Virus record (IMG/VR): IMGVR_UViG_3300010429_001264
Origin: a virus
Taxonomy: Duplodnaviria > Caudoviricetes
Direction: 5' to 3' (one strand)
Length of the DNA stretch: 64,000 nucleotides
A program made the position numbers and the translations under genes. The notes beneath the pieces were generated by a model. That model was not told where the DNA came from, made no database searches, and saw nothing but the letters and a program-made list of their open reading frames with translations. The number at the start of each line of letters is the position of its first letter. Within the stretch, counting starts at the first letter, position 1. Below, piece by piece: positions 18,118-27,408 of the stretch.

Positions 18118-18297
18118 TTACGGTTCATATGATCTATAAATTCCATTAACACTCTTTTTCAAAGGAAACATTAAATTGAAATCTTTTAATCTTTGAACAT
18201 ATTCTGGATAAAATTTCATTCTTTCTATGCAATCTTGTATAACATCTCTATCGATGTATTCAGCAAGTTGTTGTTCGTAAATTTTCTTAACTTTCAT
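18118..18297 (-). CDS. 59-aa protein with CTS-like start (not in ORF track)
   Basis: MKVKKIYEQQLAE...; AATATATA upstream. Confidence 0.55.
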   Translation of the reverse strand: MKVKKIYEQQLAEYIDRDVIQDCIERMKFYPEYVQRLKDFNLMFPLKKSVNGIYRSYEP

Positions 18298-18330
18298 AAT
18301 TTTTATTTTTTTTTTTAGTTATATATTAAA

Positions 18331-18360
18331 ATGAGAAGCTCGATTTTTCGAGCTTCTCAT
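18331..18360. terminator. 13-bp inverted repeat, probable terminator
   Basis: ATGAGAAGCTCGA-TTTT-TCGAGCTTCTCAT at the end of the TROVE operon. Confidence 0.7.
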
Positions 18361-18587
18361 TATGACCACACAAGATTTATTCCAATATCATAGGGTGTAA
18401 TATAAACTCCATCTTCTATGCAAGCATCTATAACATCCTCGTTTCCACCATACTCCAAGCATTTAGAAACAAAATGATCTTCAGCTTTTTTTACGACATC
18501 ATTAATAACATCATCATCTCCCAGAATAAAGGAATCGATGGAATTAACTACATTTTTTTCTACTACAATTACATTAATAATTTTCAT
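18360..18587 (-). CDS. Hypothetical protein
   Basis: ORF track. Confidence 0.6.
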   Translation of the reverse strand: MKIINVIVVEKNVVNSIDSFILGDDDVINDVVKKAEDHFVSKCLEYGGNEDVIDACIEDGVYITPYDIGINLVWS

Positions 18588-18631
18588 AATTTTATTTTTT
18601 TATGATTAAACAATTAAAAAATTCTTTTTGA

Positions 18632-18844
18632 TTACTTAAAGTTTGAAAGATACCATTCACAAAACTTGTCTCGCCAAAGCGTATCATTCATCCCCCATTC
18701 ATTTGCTTCATGTTTTAGATTTAATGGTAGTTTTTCATAAATTTCCATTAGTTCTTCTCTCCTACAATTCTTTTTATTTCCATTCCAAGTTAAATCTAAA
18801 ATGCAATCGTGCATGTGATCCCAATCACTATCTGTAATTTTCAT
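18632..18844 (-). CDS. Hypothetical protein
   Basis: ORF track; WGMNDT..RD motif. Confidence 0.6.
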   Translation of the reverse strand: MKITDSDWDHMHDCILDLTWNGNKKNCRREELMEIYEKLPLNLKHEANEWGMNDTLWRDKFCEWYLSNFK

Positions 18845-19052
18845 ATTTATAAACTATTTCTTCCACTTGTTGTTTAACTCCTTTTATTTCACAATCCCTG
18901 TAATCGCCTTTCCATCCACAAAGTTTGCATTCGTGATAATAGTATGGATTTGGGAAAATTTTAGTTATGCTTTGACATTGAGGGCAAATATCAACACTAC
19001 CCCTTTTAAAACACACTTCTATTTCTTTATAAAATTCATCAAAGTCTTTCAT
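18828..19052 (-). CDS. Small zinc-ribbon protein
   Basis: CPQC...CKLCGWKG. Confidence 0.65.
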   Translation of the reverse strand: MKDFDEFYKEIEVCFKRGSVDICPQCQSITKIFPNPYYYHECKLCGWKGDYRDCEIKGVKQQVEEIVYKYENYR

Positions 19053-19057
19053 TTCTA

Positions 19058-20515
19058 CTATATTTCAACTGGTTCATATCTTTCAGAATTGATCGTCTTC
19101 AACATAATATCATAAGGAGTCTCCTTAGCTGGAGTTTCTACTTCACTACCAGATAATATCGATTTCAAAATACTTGGACTGAATCCAGAGATCAATCCAA
19201 CATTTTCGTCAAAAGCCGAAGCTGTCACATTGTCATTTTCTGCTCTAAGATTCCAGAATATAACTCTTGGTATCTTATATCCATAGGAAGCGTACTTGGA
19301 TTTTATCATTTCGAATCCAGTTTGAGAATAATTTCCCTTATTTGGATCGAACTGTAAGTCAGATAAAACCAATAAAGTAGTTGGCATTTCATTTTCAGAT
19401 AAATGATTTTCGACGGCCTTTCCTAACATTAAATCGAAAGCTGCTGTAAAGTCAGTAGTATTATTCCAAGGAGCCGATCCTATTTGTCTAATTCTTTCAG
19501 AAACACTGCCTTTCAAATACATCATTTTTGGTATGCTTGAGAAAGTGATGAAGGCGTCTTTAAATATACTTTCATTTTTTTCTGAAATATAAATAGCTAA
19601 TGACTGGGCAACCCTGCCTGGTAATCCACCATACCAACCCATTGATCCTGAAGTATCTACAACTGGCATCAATCTTTCTGTTGTGCCTTCCATATAATTT
19701 GGCAAACTATACCACTGAGCTTCAATTGCTTGAATATCAGCTTCATTTTTTGCTCTAACGAAAGCATCATATAATTGATATGGATAAATAGCAGAGGCAC
19801 ACATTTTAGAAACGCCACTTTTAACATTAAGTATGTAGTCGTTAAACCTGTTTTTATCGTTACGATAGAAAGCCTTGCGATATTTGTTCATAGCAACAGA
19901 AGGAACTTGATCGTATTTTATACCATCATATTCTTTTTTGCACATCAACTGCTCGACTGTATTTGAAAGCCCCACTATTAATTTGCGATAATCTTTTGGT
20001 GTTAATTTTAAAGATTTTCTAATCTTATTTGCTCTCCATCCCTTTCTATCTAGCCATTTGGCCAATAGGAATTTAGTTGAGTCTTCACCATACAACATTT
20101 TTTTTATGATATTTAAAATCTCAATATCAATTTCTGTGTTTGATCCATCATTCAATAGCTCGACCATATCATCCCAACGACCATACTCTGGTATAAGATG
20201 AATATTTTTCATTAAATATCCATTGTAATATTTTTCTAGATATTTTAAACAAACTCTAAAAAATCTTCTTTCACCTGCTCCTCCTCTAACATCTCTAACC
20301 CAAAACATGAGTTTTAAAGCCATTAAAGGATCTTCTGATAGTGCTTTTTGAAATAATTGCTCAATTTTTCCATCATCCCAATGACGGGCTGAGCCAGCCA
20401 TGAAAAACATATCCACACAAGAGTTTAAGCTTGTTGAATTTGTAACCATACCCTTTTCGGTGTATGAATCCTTTTGACGTGCCGCGTTGACAAGTCTTGA
20501 CATTGAAATAGCCAT
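19058..20515 (-). CDS. Ro60-like TROVE/vWA protein (DUF2828 family)
   Basis: RDVRGGAGERR, IPEYGRWDD, AKW, VPSVAM, VVDTSGSM (MIDAS), LSDLQFD, IFWNL, SGFSP. Confidence 0.85.
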   Translation of the reverse strand: MAISMSRLVNAARQKDSYTEKGMVTNSTSLNSCVDMFFMAGSARHWDDGKIEQLFQKALSEDPLMALKLMFWVRDVRGGAGERRFFRVCLKYLEKYYNGYLMKNIHLIPEYGRWDDMVELLNDGSNTEIDIEILNIIKKMLYGEDSTKFLLAKWLDRKGWRANKIRKSLKLTPKDYRKLIVGLSNTVEQLMCKKEYDGIKYDQVPSVAMNKYRKAFYRNDKNRFNDYILNVKSGVSKMCASAIYPYQLYDAFVRAKNEADIQAIEAQWYSLPNYMEGTTERLMPVVDTSGSMGWYGGLPGRVAQSLAIYISEKNESIFKDAFITFSSIPKMMYLKGSVSERIRQIGSAPWNNTTDFTAAFDLMLGKAVENHLSENEMPTTLLVLSDLQFDPNKGNYSQTGFEMIKSKYASYGYKIPRVIFWNLRAENDNVTASAFDENVGLISGFSPSILKSILSGSEVETPAKETPYDIMLKTINSERYEPVEI

Positions 20516-20561
20516 TTTCTTTAAAATTAATTTTAGTTAACTTGAATGATAAAAAAATCTC

Positions 20562-20617
20562 GGATTACTTTTTTTGGCACCTTTGCTTGGTTTTTTTTTA
20601 GTTGCTGTATGTAATCC
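20562..20617 (-). ncRNA. ACAGCAA-motif small RNA, copy 2
   Basis: GGATTAC-ATACAGCAA...CC-AAGCAAA-GG..CCAAAAAAA-GTAATCC. Confidence 0.65.
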
Positions 20618-20630
20618 ATCAAACTTACAC

Positions 20631-20689
20631 AGGATATTATTTTGGTTTTTTAATTTTCGGTTAAAAAAAAATGTTGCTGTAAATATCCT
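20631..20689 (-). ncRNA. ACAGCAA-motif small RNA, copy 1
   Basis: AGGATATT-TACAGCAA...TTTTAA-CCGAAAA-TTAAAA..CCAAAAT-AATATCCT. Confidence 0.65.
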
Positions 20690-20747
20690 TCAAGTTAATA
20701 TCTTTACTTTATATATATTTTAATTAAAAAAGTCGTTTTTTTCCAAT

Positions 20748-20930
20748 TTATTTCTCATTTAACCATCTTTCGCATACTGCCAGGTCATTTGTATCCCAAC
20801 CACCCAATTGATCAAGCAATTTGGCGCAATCAGTTTCTCCACTTGCGATAAAATCATTAACGATTTGCAAATGTCTTTTAGTGTAATACATAACACCAAG
20901 TTTTTGTAATAATCCTTCTGCTGTTTTCAC
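20748..20930 (-). CDS. Hypothetical protein
   Basis: ORF track. Confidence 0.5.
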   Translation of the reverse strand: MKTAEGLLQKLGVMYYTKRHLQIVNDFIASGETDCAKLLDQLGGWDTNDLAVCERWLNEK

Positions 20931-20938
20931 ACTCTTCC

Positions 20939-21157
20939 TTATATTAAATCATGTTTTTTTAATATGCCCAAATAAGAAGTATCTTCTAATTTATTTAAAT
21001 GTTCGTCTAGTTGTTTTTCAAATTCATCATTTGTTATATTTTGATAAACTGGTATCTGATCATATTTATATTCACCAGTTGCACCATATCCAGGATCGAT
21101 TAAATAAAACCTGGCCCCTAATGATTTAGCTTTTAATATTTTTTCTTCCAATGTCAT
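20939..21157 (-). CDS. Hypothetical protein
   Basis: ORF track. Confidence 0.6.
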   Translation of the reverse strand: MTLEEKILKAKSLGARFYLIDPGYGATGEYKYDQIPVYQNITNDEFEKQLDEHLNKLEDTSYLGILKKHDLI

Positions 21158-21234
21158 AATTCAACATTTAATATTTATCTAGATGATTAATTTTTTCAGC
21201 AAATCTACGACATCTTTAGTGTCGTAGTAGTTCA

Positions 21235-21579
21235 TTATTTTACTTTCTTTTTCTTAAAAAGACTCATTTTATAATTTTCATAATCCAGTGAATATAAAGA
21301 ATCCTTTGGTAATTCTATTGATACGACAACCCTATCATCGTTTAATTTTTCGATAACCTCACCTTCAAATTCACCATCTATATAAAATTTACATTTATCA
21401 CCAGATTTCATAATCTTTGAAAAACGTTTTCTTTCTTTTCTATCTTCTTTAGTGCTTTTTATTGAAAAGAAAATAAGAAATGATAATGTAATAAATAATA
21501 ATATTACCACTACAATCAATATCATCTGTGGGTTATTGGCCATTAAGTAATCCATAAAATTTTTCATTAGATTTTCCAT
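21235..21579 (-). CDS. Single-pass membrane protein, YajC-like architecture
   Basis: TM helix, basic helix, MKSGD, then short beta domain. Confidence 0.45.
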   Translation of the reverse strand: MENLMKNFMDYLMANNPQMILIVVVILLFITLSFLIFFSIKSTKEDRKERKRFSKIMKSGDKCKFYIDGEFEGEVIEKLNDDRVVVSIELPKDSLYSLDYENYKMSLFKKKKVK

Positions 21580-21730
21580 ATTTTTATTTTTTAATTATTT
21601 CGTTTTCTTTAGGTTCGACTTCTTCTACTGGCACAAAAAGATCATGAAAATTCGTCCCTTTAATTTTATATTATATGAAGACAAAATTATAAAAGTTGTT
21701 GCTAAAATAAAAATTATTTTAATAAAATTT

Positions 21731-21940
21731 TCATATTCTTTTTATGATCTGGCAAGCTTTACTTATTATTAAAACTTCACCTTTTGTTGTCAGAACTTCG
21801 ATGGATTCATTTGCTTTATCGAACCAATCTGCTCTAAAAGCGTCACCTCTTGTATAATATCTCAATATGGGCTGCGCGTTTCTATTATATAGAATAACAT
21901 TTCCACTTATAATTTTTAAAAATGTGTTTTCTGTTGACAT
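21731..21940 (-). CDS. Hypothetical protein
   Basis: ORF track; TATATA upstream. Confidence 0.6.
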   Translation of the reverse strand: MSTENTFLKIISGNVILYNRNAQPILRYYTRGDAFRADWFDKANESIEVLTTKGEVLIISKACQIIKRI

Positions 21941-21991
21941 AACGTTTTATTATTTTATGTAAATATATATTAAATTTTGGAAATAAAAAAA

Positions 21992-24616
21992 TTAAATCAA
22001 CCTATCTATTCTAAATAAAAGATCGCTCTGACTTATTGGTTTTGTTACATAATCATCACATCCCATATCATAAGCCTTGTTTTTTTGATCAGGCATAGCC
22101 AGTGCCGATTCAACTATTATTGGCAATCTTTCGTCAAATTCTTTTATTTCCTTTATTAATTTATATCCGCTTTTTCCAGGTAGTCCTATATCCAATAGAA
22201 CTAAATCAATTTTATTATTTTTTATAATGTCCATAACCTCATTACCGTTCCAACATTCTATTATATTTACATTGGTTTTAAATAAATGTTTAGCTATAAT
22301 ATAACGACTATCTTTATCATCTTCAACAACAAGTATTGTTTTACCTTTCAAATTCATTGATTTTTTATGAACCTTCTCTTTAACACTTTCAACATAATCA
22401 AATGTTTTAATTTCATATGGAGCATAAAAATAAAATTTGCTACCTTCTCCCAATTTTGATTCTAATTTTATATCATCAAATCCCAATAATTTTATTAAAG
22501 ACTTTGTTATAGAAAGTCCCAGACCTGCTCCTTTAAATTTATTTCCAGAACTATTTAACTGCCTAAATCTTTCAAAAATTATTTTCTGATTTTCTTCGGC
22601 TATACCAATTCCAGTGTCTTCGACAAATATCATAATCTTTTGTCTATCAATTATTTTATAACCAAATTTAACATACCCCTCTTTCGTGAATTTAATAGCG
22701 TTTCCGATTAGATTCATTAATATTTGACGTAAACGATATTTATCTGTATTAATAATAACATTTTTATTTATATCTTCTTCGATTATTATTTCTATCTTTT
22801 TGTCTTTTATTTGTTTGGAATAACTCAATCTCAACTCCTCTAATAATTTGTTGATTTCAAACTCTCTTTTTTCTATTTTCAAACTATTTGTATCGATTTT
22901 AGAAACATCTATAATATCATCGATCAAAGCCATTAAAAATTTTCCATTGTTTATGATAGTATTCACATAATCAGTTTTTTCTGATTTTGTTAGATTATTG
23001 TTTTTCAATAAATCAGAAAAACCTATTATAGCATTCATCGGAGTGCGGAGATCGTGACTCATATTGGCTAGGAATTCGAGTTTCATTTTATCTGATTCTT
23101 CAGCTTTTTCTTTAGCTTTTATGAGCTCTTCTTCAAAAACTTTTCTATCTGTTATATCTACACCAAAAGAAACTATTTTTTCAACTTCTTTGTTTTTCAC
23201 CACCAAATTGTTTCTCCAAACTAAAAATCTTCTTTGACCACTTTTTGTTACTATTTCATTTTCATGCTTTCTATCTTCATCTGTAAAATTGAGCTTCATT
23301 TTTGTCATAAATTGAAACATTTTAACTTTATCTTCTTGTGGTATAAGAAGACTGAACCAGTTTTCGCCAATAACCTCATCTCTTTTATATCCTGTAATTT
23401 TCTCGGCAGCTTCGTTAAAAAATAATATATTGCCATCTGGATCCAATTCGACAACAATAACATTAGCCATTTGTATAATGTTCTCCGCGTTTTCTTTAGA
23501 GTTTCTGAGTTCATTCTGCACATTGATTTCATCAGTAATATCTCTTATCATAATAATTACCTCATCTTCACCACTTTTAGTTGTTCTGGAATAAAAAAAT
23601 CTTTTTTCACCATTTTCCATTTTAATTGGATATTGATGCTCGTCTGTTATACCATTTCTTATAACACGCTCGATGGTTTCAATGGATTCTATTTTTACAT
23701 AATCATCTATTGGCAAAGAATACATATCCTTTCCTATATAATCTTTTAAATTTTCATTACTCAAATAATCATCCATACCTGGTTTGATATCCAGAATTAA
23801 AGCGTCTTCTCTAACGCGCATAACCATATACGGTATCGCATTCAATATAGCAATATAATTTTCAGTATTTTCCTTATTTTCAGTGATATCAACGATGAAT
23901 AGAATTAAATATTCACCTCCATCTAGTTTTATATAATCGCCCGAGAATTCACCATACCGAATTTCATTATATTTTGTTTTATATTTTAATGGTAAATTTT
24001 TAATAGTCCCATACACTTTTAATTCTTCCGCCAAAATCTTTCTATCTTCTATTGTCAACAACCCTAGATCTATAGATCTCCTACCTATTAATTCTTCTCG
24101 TTCATATCCAGACATTTGAACAAATCTTTCATTAACATCCAATAAAACTCCTGTATTTATTTCAGATATGGATATAGCATAAGCATTTGAATTGAAAATC
24201 TTTTTTATCTTCTCTTCATAATTAGTTATTATAGCATAATCCTTACAAAAGGCATACGCTATTTTTTTATTTTCTTTTATATATTTTCCAACATAAACCC
24301 TTGAAACAACTTTGATTTCTTTTCCGTCTTTCGACACCAGTGGTATCTCACAACTTTTCGTTTCGCCTTTAAATAATGAAACCAGTTTTTGTTTTAAAAT
24401 ATCATCAAATTTAGAATCCCGAATTTCAAATAAAGTCATATTTTTCATTTCTTCATTGGTATATCCGATTGTTTCTCTAGCCATGGAATTTGTTTTTAAT
24501 ATTTTTCCGTCTTCATCAAATATAAATATCATATCGTCGAGCGATTCAACGAAATCCTCCATCCTATAGCACTCAAAACTATCATTATAAGCACAACTAA
24601 AAGAATTTTTATCCAT
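21992..24616 (-). CDS. Cytoplasmic multi-PAS hybrid sensor histidine kinase / response regulator
   Basis: About four PAS domains; SHDLRTPMN H-box; NLIGNAIKFT, DTGIGI, GAGLGL; receiver VEDD...LLDI...KP. Confidence 0.95.
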   Translation of the reverse strand: MDKNSFSCAYNDSFECYRMEDFVESLDDMIFIFDEDGKILKTNSMARETIGYTNEEMKNMTLFEIRDSKFDDILKQKLVSLFKGETKSCEIPLVSKDGKEIKVVSRVYVGKYIKENKKIAYAFCKDYAIITNYEEKIKKIFNSNAYAISISEINTGVLLDVNERFVQMSGYEREELIGRRSIDLGLLTIEDRKILAEELKVYGTIKNLPLKYKTKYNEIRYGEFSGDYIKLDGGEYLILFIVDITENKENTENYIAILNAIPYMVMRVREDALILDIKPGMDDYLSNENLKDYIGKDMYSLPIDDYVKIESIETIERVIRNGITDEHQYPIKMENGEKRFFYSRTTKSGEDEVIIMIRDITDEINVQNELRNSKENAENIIQMANVIVVELDPDGNILFFNEAAEKITGYKRDEVIGENWFSLLIPQEDKVKMFQFMTKMKLNFTDEDRKHENEIVTKSGQRRFLVWRNNLVVKNKEVEKIVSFGVDITDRKVFEEELIKAKEKAEESDKMKLEFLANMSHDLRTPMNAIIGFSDLLKNNNLTKSEKTDYVNTIINNGKFLMALIDDIIDVSKIDTNSLKIEKREFEINKLLEELRLSYSKQIKDKKIEIIIEEDINKNVIINTDKYRLRQILMNLIGNAIKFTKEGYVKFGYKIIDRQKIMIFVEDTGIGIAEENQKIIFERFRQLNSSGNKFKGAGLGLSITKSLIKLLGFDDIKLESKLGEGSKFYFYAPYEIKTFDYVESVKEKVHKKSMNLKGKTILVVEDDKDSRYIIAKHLFKTNVNIIECWNGNEVMDIIKNNKIDLVLLDIGLPGKSGYKLIKEIKEFDERLPIIVESALAMPDQKNKAYDMGCDDYVTKPISQSDLLFRIDRLI

Positions 24617-24682
24617 ATAATGTATATATTAATTTTTTCTGACCTACACGCTATAATATATAATAATTAAAAAAGAGAGTAT

Positions 24683-25363
24683 ATGAATTTAATAGGAATA
24701 GATATATCAATAGATTCAACAGCGGTTTCAATCGAGCGTGGTGATGGTGATTTAATCATTTCAAATTTTACAACCTTAAAAAATAACACCAAATGGATTA
24801 AGAATACTATGGATGTTGTTGACTATGAATTCATAAATTATAGTTATAAAGAAATAGATAATTATGCTGAAAAAGAAATAATGAAATTGAGAGAATTTAA
24901 CCATGTAACAGACTTAATCTATAACAAAATATTAGGAAATATTGATAAAAAAGAAGAAACTGTCATAGCGATTGAGGGTTATAATTACTCATCTTTTGGA
25001 AATTCTATAATAGATATTGTTGGGTTTTCAACATTATTAAGATCAAAATTATTGAATATTCCAAAATTAGATAATATGTTAATAATATCGCCGAAAACTG
25101 TTAAAAGTTCTATTGCTTCTATTGTTTATGGATTTCATATAAATAAGAAAGGTAAAAAAATTATAAATAAAAACTCTGAAGGCAGATCAGGTGGTAATTT
25201 CGATAAAAAAGATATAATGGTGGCTTTGTTCGAAATGAATACTAAAAATAAATTGATGGAGATATTAAATAAATATAAAGAAGAATTATTAAAATTTAAA
25301 AACGTGTCAAAACCGCTGGATGATATTTTAGACGCTTATTTTATTATGATGATTTTGAAATAA
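24683..25363 (+). CDS. RuvC-like Holliday junction resolvase
   Basis: IGIDIS, IAIEGY, P.TVK, DK, DDILDAY. Confidence 0.75.
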   Translation: MNLIGIDISIDSTAVSIERGDGDLIISNFTTLKNNTKWIKNTMDVVDYEFINYSYKEIDNYAEKEIMKLREFNHVTDLIYNKILGNIDKKEETVIAIEGYNYSSFGNSIIDIVGFSTLLRSKLLNIPKLDNMLIISPKTVKSSIASIVYGFHINKKGKKIINKNSEGRSGGNFDKKDIMVALFEMNTKNKLMEILNKYKEELLKFKNVSKPLDDILDAYFIMMILK

Positions 25364-25450
25364 TTCTATCAAACTCTTCATAATTTTTATTTTTTATAAA
25401 TATAAAATTATATCCTTGTTCTAAGCAAGCTTCTTGTTTGGCTAAATTTT
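25344..25450 (-). pseudogene. C-terminal remnant of a PD-(D/E)XK-type homing endonuclease
   Basis: KNLAKQEACLEQGYNFIFIKNKNYEEF without an upstream catalytic core. Confidence 0.5.
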
Positions 25451-25620
25451 TATCCAAATCTAGACCAAAAATTTTAGATAAAAAGAAGCCTATTTCAATA
25501 ACGATCAATATTGAGTTAGATGAGTTATTGGAAAAATTATGTATTGAAAAAAATATTAATAAATCAAAATACATAGAACATCTTATAGAGAAAGATATGG
25601 AGAATAATAAGTCAGAATGA
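25438..25620 (+). CDS. Ribbon-helix-helix-like DNA-binding protein
   Basis: KKPISITINIELDELLE...INKSKYIEHLI; true start may differ. Confidence 0.6.
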   Translation: MAKFLSKSRPKILDKKKPISITINIELDELLEKLCIEKNINKSKYIEHLIEKDMENNKSE

Positions 25621-25634
25621 TTTCTGACTTATTT
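25608..25634 (+). terminator. Intrinsic terminator
   Basis: TAAGTCAGAA-TGAT-TTCTGACTTA then TTTT. Confidence 0.6.
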
Positions 25635-25686
25635 TGTTTCTGCTATTTTAGTAAAAACTCTTTTAGATTTTAATATATACTTCATT

Positions 25687-27408
25687 ATGATATTAGATAA
25701 AGAAATAGAAATAAAAGTGAATTCCACGTCCATAAAACATTATAAAAATAAAGGATATGGTGATATTAAAATAGGTGATAATTTATTAATAAAAATTGAG
25801 GATTTAACATCATCATCTTCTTACAAAATTAATGTGATGTGTGATGTCTGCGGAACGAAGAAATCATTGAGATATCACAATTATTTAAAGAACATAAAAA
25901 ATACCGGAACATATTGTTGCTCAAATAAATGCGCTTATAAAGTGAAAAATGAGAAATCTTGTTTGGAAAAACATGGAAATAAGAATTATAACAACACACA
26001 AAAACGTAAAAAAACTTGTTTAGAAAGATACGGCGTTGAAAACGTTTTTCAAAATGAAGAAATAAAAAATAAAATAAAAAAAGCCAACATAAATAAATAC
26101 GGTGACGAAAGTCATAACAGAAACGAAGAAATAAAAAACAATAAGAAACAAATATTTTTAAAAAAATATGGAGTAAGTTGTTATTTAAATACAATAGAAC
26201 AGAAAGAAAAATCAAGAATTAAAAAATTAAGAAAATACGGAAATTTAAATAATCACAATAAAATTAAAGATACATTTTTAAGAAAATATGGAGTCGAACA
26301 TCCATCTCAAGTAAATGAGTTTAAAGAAAAAAGAATAAAAAATTATAAAAAAACTATAGTAAATAATATCCTGTTTAAATATGAAAATATTGGGATGATA
26401 AAAGCTGATTTTGAAAAAGACAAATTTATATTTAATTGCGAGAAAGGACATCAATTTGAAATAAGCAGAGATTTGTTAAAAAATAGGATAAAATGTCATA
26501 CTCTAATCTGTACTCAATGCAATCCAGTATCGAGTCATGTATCTGGACAAGAAATTTTATTCAATAACTATATAAGAGAAATATATAGTGATGAAATGTC
26601 ATTTAATGACAAAAATATAATATATCCATATGAACTGGATATTTATTTACCAAAAGAAAAAATATCTTTTGAATTTAATGGCCTATATTGGCACGATGAA
26701 ATACATAGAGAAAATAATTATCATTTAAATAAAACTGAATTAACAGAAAAAAAAGGTATTCGATTGATACATGTTTATGAGGATGATTGGATATACAAAC
26801 AAGAAATAGTTAAATCTAGAATAAAAAATTTATTGAACAAGACTCCGATTAATATTTATGCTAGAAAATGCGAGATAAAAGAAATATTTGATAATAATAT
26901 TATTAAGAACTTTTTAGAAACAAATCATCTACAGGGTTTTGTAAATTCAAAAATTAAAATTGGATTATTTTATAATAATGAATTAATGAGTTTAATGACA
27001 TTTGGAAATTTAAGAAAATTAACGTCCCAAAAATCTATCAATAATTCTTATGAGATTTTAAGATTTTGCAATAAAACCAATACAAATGTCATTGGCGGGG
27101 CCAGTAGATTGTTCAAATATTTTATAAATAAATTCAATCCAAAGGAAATAATAAGTTACGCTGATCGAAGTTGGAGTCAAGGAGACATATACAATAAATT
27201 AAAATTTGAGCTTGTTAATAAAACCAAACCAAATTATTTTTATATAATAAAAGGAATTCGAAAGCACAGATTTAATTTTAGAAAAGATAAGTTAGTAAAA
27301 CAGGGATTTGAGTCACATAAGACTGAACATGAGATAATGTTAGAAAGAAAAATATATAGAATATATGATTCTGGAAATTTAAAATATTATTGGAAAAATA
27401 ATATATAA
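25687..27408 (+). CDS. Hef-like homing endonuclease (Zn ribbon, KYG repeats, PD-(D/E)XK nuclease, GNAT-like C-terminus)
   Basis: CDVC, repeated KYG, ELDIYLP..FEFNGLYWH, ARKC, NHLQG, LRFC, GGASRL, SYADRSWS. Confidence 0.75.
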   Translation: MILDKEIEIKVNSTSIKHYKNKGYGDIKIGDNLLIKIEDLTSSSSYKINVMCDVCGTKKSLRYHNYLKNIKNTGTYCCSNKCAYKVKNEKSCLEKHGNKNYNNTQKRKKTCLERYGVENVFQNEEIKNKIKKANINKYGDESHNRNEEIKNNKKQIFLKKYGVSCYLNTIEQKEKSRIKKLRKYGNLNNHNKIKDTFLRKYGVEHPSQVNEFKEKRIKNYKKTIVNNILFKYENIGMIKADFEKDKFIFNCEKGHQFEISRDLLKNRIKCHTLICTQCNPVSSHVSGQEILFNNYIREIYSDEMSFNDKNIIYPYELDIYLPKEKISFEFNGLYWHDEIHRENNYHLNKTELTEKKGIRLIHVYEDDWIYKQEIVKSRIKNLLNKTPINIYARKCEIKEIFDNNIIKNFLETNHLQGFVNSKIKIGLFYNNELMSLMTFGNLRKLTSQKSINNSYEILRFCNKTNTNVIGGASRLFKYFINKFNPKEIISYADRSWSQGDIYNKLKFELVNKTKPNYFYIIKGIRKHRFNFRKDKLVKQGFESHKTEHEIMLERKIYRIYDSGNLKYYWKNNI

